Assembly: GCA_038087875.1 (NCBI GenBank)
Contig: CM075988.1
Location: 24,554,001 to 24,618,000, forward strand
Source of the DNA: Malacoraja senta
Taxonomy: Eukaryota
Length of the DNA: 64,000 nucleotides
Direction of reading: 5' to 3'
In this document: positions 1-11,129 of the stretch, piece after piece
How positions within the stretch are numbered: the first letter of the stretch is position 1
Layout: every line of letters starts with the position of its first letter
Program-made: the position numbers and the translations under genes
Notes under the pieces: model-generated
Databases searched by the model: none
What the model was told of the DNA's origin: nothing
What the model saw: the letters and a program-made list of their open reading frames with translations, nothing else

Positions 1-9
1 TTGATTCCA

Positions 10-752
10 TGACTTTATTTATGATATTATTCAAAAAGAATAAAGAAGTTCCCCCCAAGTCCTGGCCAATGCTCATTTTCCAACCTACACCAAACAATGA
101 GGTTTGTTGGAAGGAACCGCAGATGCTGATTTACACCGAAGGTAGGCACAAAATGCTGGAGTAACTCAGGGGACATTTCTGGAGAGAAGGAATGGATGAC
201 CTTTTGGGTCGAGACCCTTCTTCAGAATGAAAGTCACGGGAAAGGGAAACGAGAGATATAGACGATGATGTAGAGAGATAAAGAACAATGAATGCAAAAG
301 GAAACAGGCCATTGTTAGCTGTTTGTTGGGTGAAAACGAGAAGCTGGTGACATCAGTCCACTGAAAAGCGGTGGTGTAGAGGGGAAGCCAATATGATGAA
401 CGATGAATCATCATTGGATGAGCAGAGGATCTCAGAACAAATAGCATCTCTGAAGAGAAGGAATGGGTGACGTTTCGGGTTGACCCAAAACGTCATCCAT
501 TCTTTTTCTCCAGAGCTGCTGCCTGTCCTGCTGAGTTACACCAGCTTTTTGTGTCTATCTTCCAAACAGTGAGGTTATCTGAAAAATTATCAGTGCTATT
601 TGCTGGAGGATGCAGTGTATGAATTGGCACTTACATATCCTACATTCTAGTAGGATCTGTACTTCAAAACAAAATGTGCCTCGTTGATTGTAAAGCACCC
701 TGTGAAGTCCAGAGGTAATGGAAGGCTGTGTGGCAGTAAAGTATTTTATCTT
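10..752 (+). mobile_element. Old SacSINE1/Deu-type SINE 3' half, split by a Penelope-derived insert (repeated at 11139-11881)
   Basis: gtcctggccaat...; cctacatt...acttcaaaa...gattgtaaagcac...gaaggc resemble the remembered Deu-SINE body and tail; highly diverged. Confidence 0.55.
105..561. mobile_element. Composite, partly fold-back Penelope-derived short insert
   Basis: 15-bp TSD ccaaaca(a/g)tgaggtt at 90-104 and 562-576; matches the Penelope 3' terminus in both orientations. Confidence 0.8.
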
Positions 753-769
753 TGAATAAAATTAATTTT

Positions 770-1187
770 AGGTTTAGAGATATAGCATGGAAACAGGCCC
801 TTCAGCCCACTGAGTCCACACCGACCATTCAGCACCATCCATCACCCAGTTCTATATTATCCCATTTTCTCATCCACTTCCGACACACCAGGGGCAACAA
901 TTAACAATTACAAAGGCCAATTAACTTACAAACCCGCAAATCTCTGGGATGTGGGAGAAAACTGGAGCACCTGAAGAAGACACATGTGGTCACAGGGAGA
1001 ATGATCGTGGATGATCAGCCATGATCACATTGAATAGAAGGGCCAAATGGCCTACTCCTGCACCTATTGTCTATTGCCTAATGAGAACGTGCAAACTCCA
1101 CACAGACAGCACCCACGTTCAGGATCGAACCCGTGTCTCTAGTGCTGTGCTGCAGCAGCTTTGCCAGTTGCGCCACTCTGCTGCACC
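770..1187 (-). mobile_element. HE1-like tRNA-derived SINE interrupted by a CR1 3' tail (~1003-1080); repeated at 11899-12316
   Basis: gagatatagcatggaaacaggccc tail, aggatcgaaccc (box B reverse complement). Confidence 0.8.
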
Positions 1188-1518
1188 ATCGTTGGAACGG
1201 TTCCAGGCAACCTTAGCCTCAATAACCAAGAGGATCAATAAAATGACCTTGCAGTCTGGGCCAGGCTCAGTCCTAGAACATGGAGACCCATACATGGGTT
1301 GGGTTTGTACATTTGAGATGGATGGTAGGAGGTGCACTTTGGGTCTAGTGGAATGTCCCAAAACCTCTGTTTGGAAATGATGCATCTTGATGTCTATATA
1401 CAGTAAAAGAATGATGGGAAACACTTACAGTTCATGTGAAATAGACTGAAACATAACCATAGAAGCAAACAGAATTGATTTGCAGGGGATCTGATCAATC
1501 CAAGCTTTGGTCGCCTAC

Positions 1519-1639
1519 CTGCCGTGATTTCATCGACTGACTTTGCTTGAAGGTAGGGGGTGAAAGTTGCACGGTTTGCACCAGTAATAAAACTTGTCTC
1601 AAGTGTCTTTCAAAGTTCAACTGAAGGTCATACATGTTT
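1519..1639 (-). other. Candidate 121-nt exon of an unidentified minus-strand transcript (copy 1)
   Basis: Minus strand ctgtttttcttttgcag|AAAC...GGCAG|gtaggc; one frame open (NMYDLQLNFERHLRQVLLLVQTVQLSPPTFKQSQSMKSRQ); no homology recognised. Confidence 0.3.
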
Positions 1640-2001
1640 CTGCAAAAGAAAAACAGTCATTAAAGATGCTATCAGACCAAGCAATAGCAAAGTAGCGAAG
1701 AACTGTCAATTTAAATCAGTACTCAAAGGTCATTTAGAAATTTTCTATCGACGGTAAATGAGCAATACACCCAAGAATCTGAATTCTTATTTTATTTCAT
1801 AAACGAAGCCACCTTCAAAATTGGCCTTAATTTGACTGCTAAAATTGCAAAGAGTTTAATGCCGTGCATTGCTATTAGTGTTTAAATAAGACAAGAATTT
1901 ATGATGGGCGAGTGGTATCTCAGAAGGCTATGGAAACCAGCATCTGCAGTTCCTTGTTTCTACATGTATGTCTATCCTATGCGTTTTAAGATGCCCATCA
2001 T

Positions 2002-2305
2002 AGTTTAGTTTAGTTTAGAGATACAGCGCGCAAACAGGCCTTTCGGCCCACTGAGTCCGCGCCAATCTGCGATCATTAACACTTTCCTACACATACTAGG
2101 TATAATTTACATTTATACAAAGCCAATTACCCTACAAAGCTGTACGTCTTTGGAGTGTGGGAGGAAACCGAAGATCTCTGAGAAAACCCACGCGGTCATG
2201 GGGAGAACGTACAAACTCTATACAGACAGCACCCGTAGTCAGGATCGAACCCGGGTCTCGGGCGCTGTAAGCGCTGTAAGGCAGCAACTCTACCGCTGTG
2301 CCACC
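2002..2305 (-). mobile_element. HE1-like SINE (repeated at 13131-13434)
   Basis: (gttta)n tail, V-SINE core, box A/B head on minus strand. Confidence 0.9.
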
Positions 2306-3224
2306 CCTAAAATTCTTGAAATTATTATATTTAAAATGTCGTCCATACCCTGATACTCTACGAGTCATGAATCATTACATATTGTTGGATGACATGTACA
2401 ACTCTCCCTTTCAACTCATGAGAAGGCTCAGGCTCCCTAAGCATTCTGAGCCGTTAAGATGAATTAAATTTGTCACGGCAAGTTAGGACATGAACCTAAC
2501 AGTATAAGGAGTTAAAAGGGTCACATTCCCTCAAAGACAGCTGACAATCTTGCCCTAAACAGTAACAATATCAAGTTTGTTTTTACTGCTGATATTAAAC
2601 TCATGTTTTTAAAAAGCAAAGTTTTTTTTTTTCTAATGTTCATATTTTTTTCTTTCTTCTCTCTTCAGCCTGTACCTCACCTTTTGGCTTTATACCTGAA
2701 TCAGCTCTGATTCAGCTTATTCCCTCTTATGCTGTTACTTTGTGTGTTTTAGGACATTTTTAGGATTGTTGGTCCTTTGTTCATGAGAGTGCCAGATATC
2801 CTGCCAGAGCCCTCATGTAGCAGTAAAAGACCCTATGAAGACCCTATTCAGGACTAACCTGGACTTTATCTGGACTTTACCTTGTCTACACATCTGGACG
2901 CCCGCAGCGGCGGCTGCGGAGGGTTGAGGTCCCGACCACGGGGGAAAATGGAGGAGGACTGGCCAAATGTTGTGCCTTCCACCACAGTGATGAATGCTGT
3001 GGTGGATGTTTGTGTTAAATGTTTATTGTGTTTTTGTGTGTTCTTTTTCATTGTACCGCTGCTGGCAAATTCATTTCACTTGCACTTTATGTGCAAGTGA
3101 CGAATAAAACTGATATCGATTGAAGAGGAACAAATAAACTCCTGATGGCCTGACCGAAGATTTCCCCTCACCCAACATCAGGGAAGATGTAGATTCTGTG
3201 TTGGTATCTCAGTGCTATTGGGAG

Positions 3225-3520
3225 AAGCCTCAAAAAGGCAGCCAGCATCATCAGAGATCCCTGGCCACATTCTCGTTTGACCCCTGCCATCGGGAAGAAG
3301 ATATAGGAGCCTGAAAACTGTACCATCCAGGTTCAGGAGCAGCTTCTTCCCTGCAGCCAACAGGCTATTAAACACGACAACCTCCAAATTAGGACTGAAC
3401 TACATAGACTTAGGGGGATTGGTTTTGTTGTTATGCACTATTATTGTTTGATGTGCATGTGCGTGGAAACACACACACATATACATACACACGCACATAT
3501 ATATACATACACACATATAC

Positions 3521-3553
<33 letters not shown>

Positions 3554-3745
3554 TACACATATACACAGACACACACATATATATATATACAGACACATAC
3601 ACACACATATATACATACACATATACATATATGCACATACACACATTATTATATTGTATACAGACTACTGTGTTTACATATTTTGTTATGCTATTGCAAG
3701 TAAGAATGTAATTGTTCTGTTTGAAACATACAATAAAACACACTT
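3225..3745 (+). mobile_element. Rex1/Babar-like LINE 3' end with embedded microsatellite
   Basis: cctcaaaaaggcagccagcatcatcagaga... matches 17025-17460 and 55612-56235. Confidence 0.7.
3468..3645. repeat. Compound (CA/TA)n microsatellite (repeated at 14597-14774)
   Basis: acacacatatacatacac... visible directly. Confidence 0.97.
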
Positions 3746-3931
3746 GGCTCTTAAGAATCTGGTGATACACAAATTGTTTACCACATTTCCTAAAGCACAA
3801 TGGGGACTATAAATTAAAATGAGCTGCAAAATCTAGGGATATCCTGAGATCTTTGAAACTAATATACATATATTAAAAAACGAGTTCTTTCCATCCCTGC
3901 CATTACAAAATGACCAGACAAGAGAGAGAAC

Positions 3932-4131
3932 NNNNNNNNNNNNNNNNNNNNNNNNNNNNNNNNNNNNNNNNNNNNNNNNNNNNNNNNNNNNNNNNNNNNN
4001 NNNNNNNNNNNNNNNNNNNNNNNNNNNNNNNNNNNNNNNNNNNNNNNNNNNNNNNNNNNNNNNNNNNNNNNNNNNNNNNNNNNNNNNNNNNNNNNNNNNN
4101 NNNNNNNNNNNNNNNNNNNNNNNNNNNNNNN
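3932..4131. other. Assembly gap (200 N)
   Basis: Run of 200 N. Confidence 1.
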
Positions 4132-4827
4132 CGTGGTGGTGGAAAGATTGGTGGAAACAGGGCCGCGACATGAACGCTCTTTCCTTGACCCCATCAGAGA
4201 CAGATAGTGAATGGGATTAACTGGGTTTAGAGTTGTGCAGCATGGAAACAGATTCTTCAGCTCATAAAGTCCAAGCCAACTGTTAAGCACCCAGTTACAT
4301 TAAACCAACACTAGCCCAGTTTATATTCTCCCTGCATCCCATCATTTCCAAAGGATGTGCTAGTCGGTAGGTTATGCGTCTGATGTACATTGCACAAGAG
4401 GGAGGTAGGTGAATCAGGGGGCATTGATGGATATTTGGGTGGGAATAAGTGATAGGCAGTGAGACTGATACATTTGCTCTGGTAGCTGACATTGATTCAA
4501 TAGGCCAAATGACAAATGAAATGTGGGAAATATACACTTCTTCCACCCCAAAATGTACAGAACTCCATTCCAAACGCACACAATGTGCAACGTTCTCCCA
4601 AAACACACACTCTCCTTCTGAAGAGTTCATGTTTCCCCACACCGACCAACATTCCCCATCTACACTAGTCCCACCTACCTGCGTTTGGCTCATTTCACTC
4701 TAAACCCATCCCATGTACCTGTCTATATGTGTCTTAAGCATTTCAATAGTACCTGCCTCAACTACATCCTCCGGGAACTCGTTCCATACACCCACCACTC
4801 TTGCGTAAGTTATGATGTGAAGTTATG

Positions 4828-5056
4828 AATAGACAATAGACAATAAACAATAGGTGCAGGAGTAGGCCATTCGGCCCTTCGAGCCAGCACTGCCATTCAC
4901 TGTGATCATGGCTGATCATCCCCAATCAGTACCCCGTTCCTGCCTTCCCCCCATATCCCCTGACTCCGCAATTTTTAAGAGCCCTATCTAGCTCTCTATG
5001 AAAGCATCCAGAGAACCTGCCTCCACCGCCCTCTGAGGCAGAGAATTCCACAGACT
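4828..5056 (-). mobile_element. CR1-clade (HER1-like) LINE 3' end
   Basis: (atagaca)n tail, ggtgcaggagtaggccattcggcccttcgagcc, gaattccacagact. Confidence 0.85.
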
Positions 5057-5330
5057 TTGAAGAAACCAGAGTTGGCAATCCCAGTCAATAATAATAACAA
5101 CGGGACATGAAGCAACATCAGCACACTATATTCTACCACTGAATATAATACAGAATAGAATCTCCATCAAATTCTGCCACTTGTGTCCACCACATTTTGA
5201 CCAGGGATAAATTTCAGCCCCGCACCAGGCTGAGCACGCGACCAGGAATACTCAAGAGGGCAGGAGACCCAGGAAATATGACGTCACAACACACAAAGGG
5301 TGGTGGGTGTATGGAACAAGCTGCCAGATT

Positions 5331-5535
5331 GACAATAGACAATAGACAATAGGTGCAGGAGTAGGCCATTTGGCCCATCGAGCCAGCACCGCCATTCAAT
5401 GTGATCATGGCTGATCATCCCCAATCAGTACCCCGTTCCTGCCTTCTCCCCATATCCCCTGACTCTGCTATTTTTAAGAGCCCTATCTTGAAAGCATCCA
5501 TAGAACCTGCCTCCACCGCCCTCTGGGGCAGAGAT
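5331..5535 (-). mobile_element. CR1-clade LINE 3' end
   Basis: Near-identical to 4828-5056. Confidence 0.85.
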
Positions 5536-5859
5536 TGGTTTTCTAGATAAGTGTTCTTTATAAACATTGGCAGAAGTAGTTAAGAAAAATGTATTTAAGT
5601 CAACAAACTGTAGTGCGCTGTCTGAAAGGATGGTAGAAAGAAGCCTTCAGCATTTTTTAAGGAAGTATAGGAATCAGCAGTCCAAGAGATACAAAATGCA
5701 GATTCATGGACTTTGAGCTAGGATACATTATTTAGACTGTATGGGTGGGTGTTGGGAAAGTGGGGGTTGTGGTTGGGGTGGTAGAGCAATGAGCAGAGCA
5801 GTGGGGAAAGTGCAATTAATAGTCGGGTGAAGACATTCAGTGATGATATCAGAAAACAA

Positions 5860-7300
5860 CCCTTCACACACAGAAAACACACTGCTGCAGGAACTCAATG
5901 GATTGGGCAGCAACCTTAGGCAGAGGGAAGTGGGATGACATTTTGGGTCGGATCCCTTCTTTAGACTGACGGAGTAGAGGAGAGTTAGCTGGTAGAGTCA
6001 TACAGTACGGAAACAGGCACTCAGTACAACCCGTCAATGCCAACCATGATGCACCTTTTATGCTAGTCCCATTTGCCGGCTTTTTGGTCCATATCCCTAA
6101 ACCTTTCCTCTCTATCTACCTGTCCGTGTTTCTTTTACATGTTGTCATTGTACCAGCCTTGACTACCTCCTCTTGCAGCTTATTCCATATGCCCACCGCC
6201 CTCTGAGGTGAGGAGAAGGGGTGGTAAGTGATAGGTGGATACATGGAGAGGTAGATTGGCAGATGAGTCAGGTGAGGGAGAGAGAAAACCTGACCGAGGC
6301 TGGAGGTGATGCATGGAGAAGACAAAAGGGTGCAAATGGTAGGAACTAATAAGGAAAGAAGATGGGGAGTGAAATAGTGAACCAGAGAGTAGGAAGAAGG
6401 GAAAAGGATGGAAGGATATAGGGAAATGGGGTTCCAGAGTAGGGAAGGGTGGATGATGAGCAGATGGAGTAGGTGAAAGGTGGAAGATGTGCATGGGGGC
6501 TGGGGGGGAGGGGGGCTACATATATGAGAAGGAGGGAGGATGCTTATGTGAAATTAGAGAATTGAATGTTCCTTGGGTTGTAGGCTACCCAAACGGAACA
6601 TGAGATGTTCCTAGCAAACAGCTAACAATGGCCTGTTTCCTTTATCATCATTACTTTTTTGCATATCTTTCACTCATTTGTTCTATCTCTCTCTGCATCA
6701 CCGTCTATGTCTCTCATTCCCCCCCCCCCCCCGACTCTCAGTCTGAAGAAGGGTCTCGACCCAAAATGTCACCCATTCCTTCTCTCCAGAGATGCTGCCT
6801 GTCCCGCTGAGTTACTCCAGCGCTGAGTCTATGAGATGCTGTTCTACAGTTTGCGCGTGGCCTCACTCTGGCAATGGAAGAGGCCAAGGACAGACAGGTC
6901 AGTGTGAAGCAAGGGAAGGGGGTATTAAAATGGTGAGCAACCGGGATCTCCAGCTCGCCCTGGTGGTCAGAGCGCAAGTGGTCAGCAAAATCGATGCATT
7001 GTCTCACCAATGTGGAGGAGATGGGGAAAAGGCAGGCACGGGTTATTGATTGGGGACGATCAGCCATGATCACAATGAATGGCAGTGCTGGCTTGAAGGG
7101 CCAAATGGCCTCCTCCTGCACCTATTTTCTATGTTTGTATGAGATCTCATTGAGATCACTGAATGCAAAAGGTTGGCGGAGGTGCATGTAAACCTCCGTC
7201 TCACCTGGGAGATTTGTTTGGCTCCCTGAATGGATATGTTGGACAAAGTGGATGGACAGGTGGGCAAGTGTTGCATCTCCTGTGGTTGCAAGAGAAGGTA
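5860..7300 (-). mobile_element. Old Penelope-like element remnant (GIY-YIG C-terminus + 3' UTR) with nested CR1 tails (~5995-6205, ~7012-7138) and a plus-strand Penelope 3' end (~6612-6825)
   Basis: Minus translations FADHLRS...PVAHHFN and SIQGAKQISQVRRRFTCTSANL match the 35352-35888 ORF. Confidence 0.75.
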
Positions 7301-8429
7301 CCTGGTGTAACTCAGTGGGTCAGGCAGCATCTATGGAGGAAGGAAAGGGGTAGGTTTATGTTGGGAGGGATATGCAAACGAATGAATCACAGGTACCATC
7401 ATCAGTCTCTTGTATCTCAATTATTCCCACAAATTTGAAACTCTTCCAAAAAACTGTTGAGGCTGGAAGTCTTTGGATAATTTAAATCCTGACACCGACC
7501 TCTTATTGGCAATTGAGTTAAAGAACCAAGGTAGATAAATTAAGTACAATAAAAAACACGGAACATTGGAAGAAAGCAGCGGGATAAATTAAGTAATTTG
7601 CTGATCAGCCCTGCACTTAATTGAATTGTAGATGAGTTGAGGGGACGGAGTGACCTACTCCCATTCTGGTGTCTGCGCAGTCTCTCCCTGAAGCTCGGTT
7701 CCAGCTTTGGACCAAGTACGCCAACTTCTCCGGTGCCAAATCCTGCTGAACTGCTGCCCTCTGCAGACCGCAGCTGGTACTGCCCGGGGCAGCCACCGTT
7801 CTCACAAATCGGATTGGACTGCGGCTATAGTATCCACTGCTGTCTGTCAGGGTTAGTTGATTGTATTTGATGCCAGAAGCAAAGTTGCAATGTCAAGGTC
7901 ATTCTGTCATTCCTGTGTTATCTATTTCCTTTGCCCAAGGATTTTATTTTAATTTTGAAGCTCACATGACAAGGACCTGGTAGAAGTTATTAAAAATATT
8001 CCGTTTGCTCCAAAAATCAAACAAAGAACTCTGTGATTTAGTTGGTAAACACCTCTGTCGGTTGTTAACCCACGACTTTCTCTGTTGATATCTTTAGTTC
8101 AATCCTTCCATTACCTGTGATTTTATCCTTATTAACCCATAACTGTCTCTGGATACTCTCCGACTTTGTCGATGGTCTCCCTGCCTTGTAGAAGTTGGTG
8201 TTCAGTCATTCGGGGATGAAGGAGGCCGCTGAGGGGTGAAGGTTTGCTGTCATGTTAACTAAATACTATGTGTCATGTTGCATTAGAACTAATAGTGGAG
8301 AAATGTTTAGATGCCAAACACAGAGCAAAACTCATCCAATGGCTATGAGTCATTGCTGCAGCAAGTAAGAATTTCATTGTTCTATCTGGGACACATGACA
8401 ATAAAACACACTTGACCCTCTTGACTCTT

Positions 8430-9460
8430 GAGATCACCCCTGACTTTGGTTTCTCGCCTGTGATGATTTTCAGGGCCTGCCACAATCACCTGGCAGTCAG
8501 ATCTCTACACGATAGCCTTGGGTACATCGCACTTGGCCTTCTTGCACAGTGCGAGATCGTCCTTCAAAAAAGCCTTGGATCTGAACTTTAGCAGACAGGG
8601 AGTCTCCTTGTTTAGTTTGGAGATACAGCGCGGAAACAGGCCCTTGGGCCCACTGAGTCTGCATGATCAGCGATCCCCGCACATTAACACTATCCTGCAC
8701 ACACATAATATGTCATTATACCAAGCCAATTGACCTACAAACCTGTACGTCTTCGGAGTGTGGGAGGAAACCGGACAAAAACCCACACGGTCACAGGCAG
8801 AATGTACAAACTCCATACAGACAGCACCCATAGACAGGGTCGAACGCAGGTCTCTGGCACTGTTAGGCAGCAACCGTACCGCTGTGCCACCGTGCCTCCT
8901 CCATGTTCATCTAAGATTTCTAGTCCGGCTAGACCCTAATTGTCTCTGTCTGATTTCTGTACAAAACAGTGATGACTGGTGCATACTCGTACTAATTGGA
9001 TGAAGTGGTGGTGAACATGTTCAGTCCAACTCAAGGCAGTCCTAACGAAGACCATCGGTCAAGCCCGAGTGCTGCTTTATTACACTTTTCGCTGATGCCT
9101 CTCATTTCAGTCTGTCTGTAAGCACTATCTGATGATCAGCCTGGCCAAAACAAGGAATGGAGCGATCGGCATACTAGACGAGTGTGTTTTGCTAATACTG
9201 CTGCAGATGCCAAAAGTTTAATTACATCCCACACTGAGTCTGCATAAAGGCCATCTCCCTCATGTCTGCACCATCACAGGGGGCACAGATGCGTTTCCAT
9301 GGCAGCTCAGATTCAGCTGCTGTGAGGGATGAAACAGCGATCGACCCTTTACTCTCCAACTTGTTTGGGTATGAAACTGCACCCTGTATTTTGTGAGTAT
9401 CAGCGGGGTCAGTGACAGCAAGAAGATGAGCAGCTGGCAAAATATACAGCAGAAGCTGTT
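8430..9460 (-). mobile_element. Degenerate Rex1/Babar-like LINE (endonuclease and linker region), split by the HE1 SINE at 8610-8896
   Basis: Minus-strand peptide relics WQALKIITGEKPK, LLKFRSKAF...KKAKCD, RSIPCFGQADH resemble Rex1 ORF motifs (WQGL.TIT.YK, HFGKSDH). Confidence 0.6.
8610..8896 (-). mobile_element. HE1-like SINE
   Basis: Full-length match to the family. Confidence 0.9.
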
Positions 9461-9777
9461 GGGCAGCACGGTGGCGCAGCGGTAGAGTTGCTGCCTCACA
9501 GCGCCAGAGACCCGGGTTCGATCCTGACTTTGGGTGCTGACTGCATGGAGTTTGTACGTTCTCCCCGTGACCTGCGTGGGTTTTCCCCAGGATCTCCAGT
9601 TTCCTCCCACACTCCAAAGAGGTGCAGGTTTGTAGGTAAATTAGCTTGGTATAATTGTAAATTGTCCCTAGTGCGTGAAGGATGGTGTTAGTGTGCGGAG
9701 ATCGCTGGTCGGCGCGGACTCGTTGGGCCGAAGGGCCTGTTTCCGCGCTGTATCTCTAAACAAAGCTGAAACTAAAC
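9461..9777 (+). mobile_element. HE1-like SINE, full length
   Basis: Box A tggcgcagcgg, box B ggttcgatcc, V-core, ctaaac tail. Confidence 0.92.
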
Positions 9778-9954
9778 GCCACGGCTGCCAATAGTGGAGT
9801 GATTAACATCACTGCTGTGCAATAAGTCATAATTGGAGAACAGAGAACTGAGATGATTACATTGCAGAAGATGGTGACAAATATAGGGAAGAAAGAAGCT
9901 AAGGAGGGATTTGAAAATATTTATTCATCAGTGCTCTGATGAGACCAGGGACCA

Positions 9955-10280
9955 ACACAGGAACAGCACCTCATATTTCGCTTGGGTAGTTTAGACCCCA
10001 GCAGTATGAACATTGGCTTCTCTAATTTTAGATAGCCCTTGCTTTCTCCCTCCTTCCCCTCCCCCTTCCCAGTTCTCCCACAAGTCGTACTTGTGTGGGA
10101 GGAAACCGAAAATCTATGAGAAAACCCACGCGGTCACGGGGAGAACGCACAAACTCGGTACAGAAAGCTCCCGTAGTCGCCAATTCCTTCTCTCCATAGA
10201 TGCTGCCGCACCCGCTGAGTTTCCACAGCATTTTTTGTCGACCTTCGATTTTTCCAGCATCTGCAGTTCTTTCTTAAACA
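9955..10280 (+). mobile_element. Penelope-like 3' fragment interrupted by an HE1 fragment (~10092-10178)
   Basis: gaacagcacctcatatttcgcttggg (EQHLIFRLG) plus terminal ttccttcttaaaca-like end. Confidence 0.75.
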
Positions 10281-11129
10281 GGATTCAACAACTTGTGCAC
10301 AGGTCACCGTAAAGAGTAGGGAATATATTCTGGTGAATTGCAATGTATGGACAGTGCAAGGTGAACTGGCTGGGAAAGGAAAAAACAAAGGTTTTGGCAG
10401 CCAGTAGGCTGAGGGCGAGTCAGATGGTGCTGTAACAACGCAAGGACAATGGGGTCTCAACTGTAAACTGGTGAAGAACATGTGTGGCCATTGCAATGTG
10501 ATTTGGCCCAAGGTGACGCAGGCATGCTCCAAATCACACATGGAGCCAGGACTGTAATTGTGCTGTTGATTACATTGGTGCTGTGTCAAATCCAGCTAAC
10601 TTACAATGATTAAAGGCAGACGGTGGCTCTTAGAGACAATGTGCAATATAGCCAGAACTAATGGAAGCCAATTCAGATTCATTGCAGCTCGCCAGCGGAG
10701 ATGCTACGACATGGTGCACCATCCTTCAATGATCCAACGATTCAATATATTTTATTGCACATGTACTTGGGTACAGTGAAACGCTTGGTTTTGGATACAG
10801 CCCAGTAAAATCACATAGCAGTCTGAAGAAGATTCCTTGAACTTGAAACCTCATCCGTCCATTTCCTTAAAACTAGAGGTCATATGTTTTAGGAAAAAAG
10901 GGGGAAAAATGTAAAGTGTACTGAGACAACGTTTTTGAGAGAAGGGCAGTGGGTACATGGAATGAGATGACAGATGAAGATGTAGAGGCATGTATAATTA
11001 TAATATGTAAAAGACATTTGGACTGGGATGTGGAAAGAAAATATTTAGAGGGGTATGCCGAAACAGGCTTGTGGGATAAGGCCCAGTAAACATCTTGGTT
11101 GGCACGGACGAGTTGGGCACATTTCCGCA

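Larger units (their letters stand above)
1..3931. repeat. Copy 1 of an apparently exact duplication (matches 11130-15060); ends at the assembly gap
   Basis: Sequence and ORF track recur at offset +11129, including the complex CA/TA microsatellite; copy 1 stops at the N-run. Confidence 0.97.

Noticed and set aside
2132..2368. Recurrent short ORFs such as MECGRKPKISEKTHA and KCWSNSAGQAASLERRN
   Set aside because: Incidental frames of HE1 SINEs and Penelope UTRs, not a gene family
3400..3812. His/Thr/Tyr- and Cys/Val-rich ORFs on both strands (also 14529-14941)
   Set aside because: Translations of a CA/TA microsatellite
3833..4290. ORFs of 87-143 aa
   Set aside because: They span the N gap
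7617..7870. GC-richer unique stretch with short ORFs on both strands
   Set aside because: No recognisable protein or clear splice sites
9461..9540. tRNA-like box A/box B sequences (many copies)
   Set aside because: SINE heads followed by V-core and LINE-like tail, not tRNA genes
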